From: Fimbriimonadales bacterium | Lineage (GTDB): Bacteria > Armatimonadota > Fimbriimonadia > Fimbriimonadales > ATM1 | Length of the DNA: 64,000 nucleotides | NCBI GenBank assembly: GCA_041744215.1 | Contig: JBGTLG010000032.1 | Coordinates: 50,309 to 114,308 of the forward strand | Direction: 5' to 3' | Shown: positions 57,329-64,000 of the stretch, in pieces | Numbering within the stretch: the first letter of the stretch is position 1 | How the letters are laid out: each line of letters begins with the position of its first letter | Notes under the pieces: model-generated | The model's input: only the letters and a program-made list of their open reading frames with translations | What the model was told of the DNA's origin: nothing | The model's database searches: none | Made by a program: the position numbers and the translations under genes

Positions 57329-59271
57329 CTGGTAACCGTGCTGGAATCTATGATTTCTTCGCGAGATTCGATCTTTTCGTTGAGGTCAGCGGCCCGGGCT
57401 TTGACCGCCAGCGGGATAGCCGCGCCCCCATTAGGTGCCTCCACCGACCTCATGGCAGCCAGCGCCGCCATCTCGGTCGCCCAGGACGATGCCTGCGCGA
57501 ATGTGGTGTCCGGCACCAAGACCACGAACCCTCCTTCCGCCTTCCGGCACAGCTGTGCATGGGTCGGCGCGTGCCTGCGAAGCAGCAAGCCCAACTGGCG
57601 AACCGCCATCTCGATGGCAGGACGCCCGACTTCGTCTTCCATGTCCGCAAATCGCAGTGGCTCGAAATACACGATGCAAGCTTGTTGCGACGTGAGACTG
57701 AGTACCGCGCGCTGAAACTCAGCGACAGTCAGGAGCCCGCGAGTGGGTTGCCCATGAGCGCCGTCGTGGCGATCGCGAGTTGAGATCCATGCGTGAGCCA
57801 GTTCTGCGGCGACATCGAACAGGATCCTTGCATCGTCCGGAGTCAGCGATCCATGAGGCGAAGCTGCGACCGTTACAAAACCAATGGGAGTATCGCCGTC
57901 GATGATTGGAACGACGATGTAGCTTCCAACGCGTTTTCTCGCGGCACTGACGTGATCGATCACGGTTTGGTCAGCAGTCGAGTAGGCAAGTATGGGTTTG
58001 CCGCCGCCATCGATCCACGATTCGTAATCGAAGAGCAGCGAAACGTCTCGTCCGTGCTTTCCGAGCAGCATCGCTTGCTCTCCATCGATGGTCCAAACAC
58101 CAACATGATCGCAATCGATCAGTTCAGAAACGGCTTTCGCAGTGCGCTTTGCGATGTCAGGTTCAGTGGTTGCGCCGTCAAGCCTGCAGGCAATCTCGTA
58201 CAGAAGTTCGGCTTCCTTCTGTCTGCGAATCTGTTTCCGCCTGGAGCGCTCATCCATGATAATCTGGGCGAGCGCGTCAGAAAGTTCCTCTCCCTGCTTC
58301 CTAATAGATTCGAGGCGAGATTCGTCTTCTACGACGACGGTGAGCATTCCAACGACAAGCCCTCGATGCTTGAGAACGACATTGGCACGAGCGCACTCAT
58401 CAGCACCTTCGTGTGTGATCGCGCGAATCGCTTCTTCGGCTCGATCTTTCATCCGATATGCGGCGTCACCCGACTTGACAGGGAAACTCATTCCAGTTGC
58501 CTCGTCTGGGACGCGCCCAGAACTCGCGGAAACGACCATTCGTTCCGTAGCTTGTCTGCTCGTATAGAGAATCAGCCCGTCTGCTTCCAGCAAGTTTCGC
58601 AACTTGTCGACGATTGGACCGAAATCTGCGCCCGGTTCTTTGCGCGAGAGCAAAATCTGAGAACTAATTCGATCAACGCGAGATTTTCGTTCGAGTTGCT
58701 TGTATGAAACGCTAAGTCTTCGATACTGCTCTCTGAGTTCGATCAGCGCTTGCGTTCCAGATTCAGGCTCTGAGCCAGCAGATTCCGCAAGCTCCGTGAT
58801 CATCTCTTGAATCGTCTTTGGGCGAACGACGATGCGCGGCTGATTCACTAACATCGCAATAACCAAAACGCTCGCCGCGTGAGCAAGCGTGTACAACGAT
58901 GGGATCTGGCCCTGCGTGACCATCATTCCCGCACCGATAAGCGCAGCCGCACCGATGGGACCCGTCGCCAGAGGGTTGCTTCCCCGCTTCGCGACAGCGT
59001 ACACGATAGGCGCAGCGACCAACAAACCCATCGTCGGCAAGAGGCCGGCGTATCCGAGGACCGCAGCAATGGCGAGCGCGTCGAGCCCAGCAACCAGTCC
59101 CGCAAACCCCGGATTGACCAGTTTCTTCTGCTCGATCAAGTACGCGACAAACCCGTAGGAGGCGGTCAGAAGGCCGATCCTCCAGGCGATATCGAACGGC
59201 GGCACGTTCGTCCACCCTGCGAGGGCGATGAGCGCGCCGGCGAGTAGTATTCGGGCAGAAAACTCCCACAT
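57325..59271 (-). CDS. Membrane GAF-domain protein with degenerate GGDEF domain
   Basis: 5-6 TMs, coiled coil, two GAF-like domains (SYIVVPI..G..IG.V.V), C-terminal T.GLL...F...D..G...RKAEGGFVVL.P. Confidence 0.75.
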   Translation of the reverse strand: MWEFSARILLAGALIALAGWTNVPPFDIAWRIGLLTASYGFVAYLIEQKKLVNPGFAGLVAGLDALAIAAVLGYAGLLPTMGLLVAAPIVYAVAKRGSNPLATGPIGAAALIGAGMMVTQGQIPSLYTLAHAASVLVIAMLVNQPRIVVRPKTIQEMITELAESAGSEPESGTQALIELREQYRRLSVSYKQLERKSRVDRISSQILLSRKEPGADFGPIVDKLRNLLEADGLILYTSRQATERMVVSASSGRVPDEATGMSFPVKSGDAAYRMKDRAEEAIRAITHEGADECARANVVLKHRGLVVGMLTVVVEDESRLESIRKQGEELSDALAQIIMDERSRRKQIRRQKEAELLYEIACRLDGATTEPDIAKRTAKAVSELIDCDHVGVWTIDGEQAMLLGKHGRDVSLLFDYESWIDGGGKPILAYSTADQTVIDHVSAARKRVGSYIVVPIIDGDTPIGFVTVAASPHGSLTPDDARILFDVAAELAHAWISTRDRHDGAHGQPTRGLLTVAEFQRAVLSLTSQQACIVYFEPLRFADMEDEVGRPAIEMAVRQLGLLLRRHAPTHAQLCRKAEGGFVVLVPDTTFAQASSWATEMAALAAMRSVEAPNGGAAIPLAVKARAADLNEKIESREEIIDSSTVTS

Positions 59272-59340
59272 GGCTCCAGGTTCGTTATCGGCAAACCTGA
59301 AGAAAAGGGTTAGGGTTGGCTGGCGGGTACCCTGTCCGGC

Positions 59341-59745
59341 ATGAGATATCTCGTTTTATCGCTCGGCCTGCTGGTGGCTTTCGGATGCGCCGCGTCCGAA
59401 GATGAAGTCAGGCAAAAGGCTGGAGACGCAGCTGTCGCCGGAAAACGTGCGGTGGATACGGCGTCGCAGGCTGCAAAGAACGCTTACGACGACGCAGCCG
59501 CTAAGAGCAAGGAGCTTGCCGCGAAAGCTGGCGAAGCCGTGGACGACGCCACCATGAAAGGAAAAGTCGTCGCCGGGTTCAAGCTCGTTAAGGACCTCGA
59601 TTCCGAGAACGTCGAGGTCGAAGTGAAGGACGGCGTTGTAACGGCAACTGGCACGGTCAAAACCGAGAAGGAGCGCATGATGGTGGAAGGCGTCCTACAC
59701 GGAGTGACGGGCGGAAAGTACAAGAACGAAGTCAAGGTTCAGTAA
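59341..59745 (+). CDS. BON domain lipoprotein
   Basis: Lipobox AFGC; DDAT...KV...V.VEV.DGVV..TGTV...V.N..KV. Confidence 0.85.
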   Translation: MRYLVLSLGLLVAFGCAASEDEVRQKAGDAAVAGKRAVDTASQAAKNAYDDAAAKSKELAAKAGEAVDDATMKGKVVAGFKLVKDLDSENVEVEVKDGVVTATGTVKTEKERMMVEGVLHGVTGGKYKNEVKVQ

Positions 59746-59862
59746 GCCCGTTTCGGATCCCGGTACCTCGGCCCAGCACATGATTTGGCCAGGATTATGG
59801 TTTGTCAGGTCCTTGGAATGGAGCTGCGGCCTCCCGTTGCGTGACATCGGTAAACTGCCCGC

Positions 59863-61368
59863 ATGAGTGCATTAGACAGACTGAAAGAAAAGAGCCGCGA
59901 AATCTCCCACCTTGGCGCGGCATCAGCGATCATGGGCTGGGACCAGCAGTGCTATATGCCTCCGGGTTCAGCAGCCGCTCGCGCCGACCACCTCTCCACA
60001 CTGAGCAAGATCATCCACGAGATGTTCACGAGCGATGAGATGGGCAGGCTGATCGAAGACGCCGAGAAGGAGACTGCGGGTATGCCCTTCGAAAGCGACG
60101 ATGCCTCGCTGATACGCGTGATCAAGAGAGATTACGAGCGCGAAACAAAAGTTCCGACCGCGCTGGTTGCAGCCGAAACCAAGACAACATCTTTGGCGCA
60201 TGAGGAGTGGGCAGCGGCGCGGAAAGCTAACGACTACAAGCACTTTCAGCCCTGGCTGCAAAAAATCGTCGATATCGAGCAACAGATAGCGGAAGCGCGT
60301 GGCTACAAAGACCACATGTACGACGCGCTGATGGATCCATTCGAGCCCGGAATGAAGACGTCTGAAGTTGAATCCATCTTCGATGCGATTCGACCCGAGT
60401 TGGTCAAAATCGTCAAGGACATCAAAGAGTCAGGGGTCGAAGTCGACAACTCAATCTTGCATAGAAAGTACGCGGTCGACAAACAACGCGAGATCACGAA
60501 TGATGTCGCCACAAGAATTGGATTCGACTTCAAAACTGGGCGACAGGATGAAGCAGCGCACCCGTTTTGCACGAGCTTTGCAACAAGCGACGTTCGAATC
60601 ACAACTCGATTCGACGAGAACTTTCTCTCCGGAAGCGTGTTCGCGACCATGCACGAAGCGGGTCATGCAATGTATGAGCAAGGTTTCCCACCCCATTTCG
60701 AAGGCACACCGCTTCGAGGAGGAGCGTCGTTAGGATTTCACGAGAGCCAGTCACGAATGTGGGAGAACCAAGTCGGTAGAAGCAAACCGTTTATCGAGTA
60801 TTACTTCCCTGTTCTGCAGCAGAAATTCCCGGAATCCCTAAGTGATGTTTCCGTCGATCAGTTTTATCGCGCCGCGAACAAAGTCGCGCCGTCGCTGATT
60901 CGGGTCGAAGCCGATGAGGTGACGTATGGGCTTCATATCATGCTGAGGTTCGAACTGGAGAAAGAAATGATTGCCGGGCGTGTCGATTTCGACACGCTGC
61001 CCGATCTTTGGAACTCAAAAATGGAAGAGTATCTCGGCATAACGCCGGATTCGGACGCAAACGGAGTTTTGCAAGACGTGCACTGGTCGAGCGGCATCAT
61101 CGGGTACTTCCCAACGTACCAACTTGGCAACCTCATATCTGCTCAGCTTTGGGCGATGATCCGCAACGAAATGCCTGATCTCGACGATCAGATTCGTCGC
61201 GGTGAGTTTTCCAACCTGCTGGGCTGGCTACGCAAAAACGTGCATGCACACGGCTGCAAATTCGAACCAGCCGATCTAATCCAAAGAATCACCGGCAAGC
61301 CGCTGGACGCGAAACCGTACTTGATGTACCTTCGGTCTAAGTTCGGCGCGGTGTATGGCATCAAGTAA
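59863..61368 (+). CDS. Carboxypeptidase M32 (Taq-like)
   Basis: WDQ..YMP, HPF, DVRITT, HEAGH.MYEQ, HESQS, IRVEADE.TY, G.LQDVHW, GYFPTY. Confidence 0.95.
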   Translation: MSALDRLKEKSREISHLGAASAIMGWDQQCYMPPGSAAARADHLSTLSKIIHEMFTSDEMGRLIEDAEKETAGMPFESDDASLIRVIKRDYERETKVPTALVAAETKTTSLAHEEWAAARKANDYKHFQPWLQKIVDIEQQIAEARGYKDHMYDALMDPFEPGMKTSEVESIFDAIRPELVKIVKDIKESGVEVDNSILHRKYAVDKQREITNDVATRIGFDFKTGRQDEAAHPFCTSFATSDVRITTRFDENFLSGSVFATMHEAGHAMYEQGFPPHFEGTPLRGGASLGFHESQSRMWENQVGRSKPFIEYYFPVLQQKFPESLSDVSVDQFYRAANKVAPSLIRVEADEVTYGLHIMLRFELEKEMIAGRVDFDTLPDLWNSKMEEYLGITPDSDANGVLQDVHWSSGIIGYFPTYQLGNLISAQLWAMIRNEMPDLDDQIRRGEFSNLLGWLRKNVHAHGCKFEPADLIQRITGKPLDAKPYLMYLRSKFGAVYGIK

Positions 61369-62057
61369 TGGCTGAACCAGTAGAAGAGATCCAAGCTGCC
61401 CTGGACGCAGTAGTGCAAGCGGGAGAAACGCTTGAGGCGAATCTTCCCAAGCTGAAGAAGCAGCTTGAGCGAATGCGCGGCTTGGAAGCGGATCTGGCCG
61501 CCACGCAGAACGAACTTGCCGACGGGCGAAAAAACTTAGACACAGCAGTTCGCGCGCTCGATTCCATCGAAGCAGCGCTGCTTGATGCCATGGAGGTAGC
61601 GAAGCGAAGAATCTACGACGCCAAACTCAGCATCGACGCGAAGTTCGAGATGCTCAAGATTGTGCGCGACACGCTTGCGCGGCTTGGGCCGGCGGGGTTC
61701 GAGATTTGGATTCCCGAGCTAGGCGAGCCGATCGATCCTGACAAGCACATCATTCGAGGAAAGGCGAAGAGCGAGCATGGATCGACGCAGGTCGGCGACG
61801 TCGTCACCTGGGGCTATCGGTTCGCTAGCGGAAAAGGGCAAGCTGCCGAAGTGCTCGCAGGCGACGGAAGCATGGCGGAACACGACACACCAAAAGAAGA
61901 GCCGCCAAAGAAGAAGACCGACAAGGCGGGGATATCGATGGTGATTCCCGACGAGCAGGCGCCAGCAGCGCCAAAAAAGAAGAAGCCAACGACGGGCGAA
62001 GGCCTGTTCGACAATTTGGCTGAAGCGGCCAAACGGAACAAAGACAAGGCCGAATGA
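61368..62057 (+). CDS. Coiled-coil protein with GrpE-like C-terminal beta domain
   Basis: Long helix then GEPIDP..H...V..WGY.F...A.V; charged tail. Confidence 0.6.
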   Translation: MAEPVEEIQAALDAVVQAGETLEANLPKLKKQLERMRGLEADLAATQNELADGRKNLDTAVRALDSIEAALLDAMEVAKRRIYDAKLSIDAKFEMLKIVRDTLARLGPAGFEIWIPELGEPIDPDKHIIRGKAKSEHGSTQVGDVVTWGYRFASGKGQAAEVLAGDGSMAEHDTPKEEPPKKKTDKAGISMVIPDEQAPAAPKKKKPTTGEGLFDNLAEAAKRNKDKAE

Positions 62058-62671
62058 AAACTACGGTGCCTTGGGCAGACGAGAGCTTTAAAAAGCTCAA
62101 GCGCTGCGAGGTTCTCGGCGCGCACGCAAAGCGGTTTGGGCCACCGCAGATCCAGCCCCACAACGATCGCTTTCGAGCTCTGGCGCTGACGGTCGTCAGT
62201 CAGCAGCTTTCGGGGAAAGCTGCGGATTCGATTTTCTCGAAGCTCGAAACGAAGGTCAAGAAGGTTGAGCCGAAGCGGATTTTGGCGGCGTCCGAGGAGA
62301 CGCTGCGGAGCGCGGGGCTGTCTGGGGCTAAGGCCCGGACGCTGCAGGCGATCTCGGAGGCCTCGCTCGGCGGGATGAAGCTGGAGAAGATGGACGGGCT
62401 CGATGATTCCGAGATTAGGGCGCGGCTGTGCGAGGTGAAAGGCGTTGGGCCGTGGACGGCGGAGATGTTCCTGATGTTTTGTCTTGGCCGGCCGGATGTT
62501 CTTTCACCGGGGGATCTCGGGCTTCGGAAGGGGCTCCGGGTGGTCTACCGGCTTGATGAAGTTCCAGAACCGGGGCGGTGCGAGGAGCTTTTCGAGGTCT
62601 GGAGGCCGTGGAGGACCGCGGCAAGCTGGTACCTGTGGAGGATTTTAGAAGGGGAGAACGCCACCTGGTGA
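62054..62671 (+). CDS. alkA: DNA-3-methyladenine glycosylase II family (HhH-GPD)
   Basis: SQQLSGKAA, LR.AGLS..K, VKGVGPWTAEM, GDLG, W.PWR..A..YLW. Confidence 0.88.
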   Translation: MKTTVPWADESFKKLKRCEVLGAHAKRFGPPQIQPHNDRFRALALTVVSQQLSGKAADSIFSKLETKVKKVEPKRILAASEETLRSAGLSGAKARTLQAISEASLGGMKLEKMDGLDDSEIRARLCEVKGVGPWTAEMFLMFCLGRPDVLSPGDLGLRKGLRVVYRLDEVPEPGRCEELFEVWRPWRTAASWYLWRILEGENATW

Positions 62672-62810
62672 GATTAGGGGGCTGGGAGCATCCTTGCTCC
62701 GTCCTCCGTTACCACCTATTCCTTGGTGACAGCCGCCTTGGAGTATAGACGGTCGCCGAGCTGAAATGCAACGCCTTTCGCTGGCAATTCAGTCCTCGTT
62801 CTGAGCTGTC

Positions 62811-63188
62811 TTACCGAGCCCCTGCGGTCGCCCATTGAAGGCCGCCCGGCTTTGAATGCAGCACGCCGAGGACGTGGATTGGGCAGGCGTCGTCGGCCCA
62901 AACAGCGCAGCTCTTTCCCCAATACGCATAGTAGACCAGGCTGCCGTCGGAGCTCTTTCCCCAGCCGTTTTCTCCTCGCCCCGTTATCATCATCACGTAT
63001 GCGCACGGCGGGATGACGACGTCGTCGGCAAAGACGAAGACTCGGTCGGAGAGGCGCGGGCCGCCGAAGGCATTCTCATCGGCGATCATGTGCCCTCTTA
63101 GGTGGGTCTTCATTAGCCCCTGGTTTTTCAGCAGCACGAACTCCTGATCGGGGTCACTATTGCGTTGGATCCCTGCGATTCGCAACAT
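62811..63188 (-). CDS. Stand-alone lamin-tail-domain-like protein
   Basis: EFV.LKN.G...L.G..I.D...F.F...V.PP..V...TG.G...YWG....VW pattern. Confidence 0.65.
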   Translation of the reverse strand: MLRIAGIQRNSDPDQEFVLLKNQGLMKTHLRGHMIADENAFGGPRLSDRVFVFADDVVIPPCAYVMMITGRGENGWGKSSDGSLVYYAYWGKSCAVWADDACPIHVLGVLHSKPGGLQWATAGAR

Positions 63189-63532
63189 AGCCTCTTTGGG
63201 AATGGACGGTCGCCGAACGGAAGAGGATGCGCTCGATTGTAGGGATGGGCTATCGAGGTCGAGTTTTCTGGGTTCATGTTAGTTGACCTGGTGGTTCTCG
63301 ATTTGTTACCGACTCCTAAGACTCATCGAACTCATCACTGTTTTTTATTGTTAACGCGGTTTCTTGAAGTCACTGGATGCGTGGGTTGCGAGGGTGTGGG
63401 TGGTAAGCGCGGGTTCTGTCGTGCATGGGATCTCTGCCGGTTAAGTCTTTGGGGAGCCGAAAGTCAACCTGTTGGGAGATTGCGAGCCAGAGCTTACTTT
63501 GGGGCTGAGATGGGATGCTGCCCTGTGCAGTT

Positions 63533-63596
63533 CACTGACAGATTCTTGGGAGCATAGCGCCTCAGGAAGTTGCTGAAGAATCTGTCAGTGCCACCC
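63533..63596 (-). repeat. REP-like inverted repeat
   Basis: CACTGACAGATTCTT...AAGAATCTGTCAGTG (15-bp arms, 28-nt spacer) followed by CCACCC (GGGTGG on minus). Confidence 0.7.
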
Positions 63597-63630
63597 GACT
63601 CTCGCATTCTAAAGGTGAATACGTCACGCT

Positions 63631-63653
63631 GGCTGGGGTAAACCAGGCCACCC
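63631..63653 (-). repeat. Second short REP-like hairpin
   Basis: Minus strand GGGTGGCCTGG-ttta-CCCCAGCC, same GGGTGG foot, imperfect stem. Confidence 0.45.
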
Positions 63654-63813
63654 GTCCGGATGTTTGTACTAGTTAACTGTCACTCGGCTGTGAGTATGGA
63701 GAGATCAAAGAACGAGGTCGGCGTAAGGAGCAACAAGCTTCATTAGTGCGTAGATTATGATTGACTCTAGATGTCTCAACTGGTCCTCCTGTTGAGACTA
63801 AAATGGGCAGCGC

Positions 63814-64000
63814 ATGAATAAGCAACGACACTGGAAGAACATGACTGAACCGGGGGGCGCCGCGTTCATAACGACGGCCGTCCTCGATTTCGTACCCGCC
63901 TTCGCCGACCCAGTCGTTGCGACCCGAATGAGAGATCTCTTGTTCGAGATCCACAAGCACTGCAACGCGCATCTCTTCGGCTTCGTCATCATGCCAGAAC
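63814..64000 (+). mobile_element. RAYT/IS200-like Y1 HUH transposase, 5' part (runs off window)
   Basis: MNKQRHWKNMTEPGGAAFITTAVLDFVPAF...HLFGFVIMPE(H): F.T and VIMP.H leading into the HUH motif; absent from ORF track. Confidence 0.8.

Noticed and set aside
63276-63992. ORF-track ORFs 63276..63557, 63673..63972 and 63798..63992
   Set aside because: No motifs; the latter two are antisense to the transposase-like frame.
1-64000. CRISPR array, rRNA or long tandem DNA repeats
   Set aside because: No regularly spaced direct repeats or rRNA signatures noticed by eye; the repeats found are at protein level.

Overview
Mostly core chromosome of a moderately GC-rich bacterium. The gene content is reminiscent of Armatimonadota (Fimbriimonadales-like), which is an inference and not proven. 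About 58 CDS and two tRNA-Ser genes (UGA, GCU) were identified; no rRNA or CRISPR array was seen. Recognisable genes include fbaB, plsC, mreB, murA, tyrS, a P-II, psd, rnhC, a FlhG/MinD ATPase, tricorn and M32 peptidases, and two P1B ATPases. Standouts: (1) an intact but solitary large-terminase + Mu-gp29-like portal pair with no other phage genes; (2) a ~155-aa C-terminal domain shared by two unrelated secreted proteins 25 kb apart (candidate sorting/anchoring module), alongside a PEP-CTERM protein and a TIGR03790-like gene; (3) an MshEN (c-di-GMP receptor)-pseudokinase fusion next to FlhG; (4) a RAYT/Y1 HUH transposase start with GGGTGG-REP-like hairpins at the window end; (5) a 41-aa lipoprotein missing from the ORF track; (6) several motif-degenerate proteins (TyrS, P-II, RNase HIII, SLT, GGDEF). 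All family calls come from motif recognition by eye; no searches were run.
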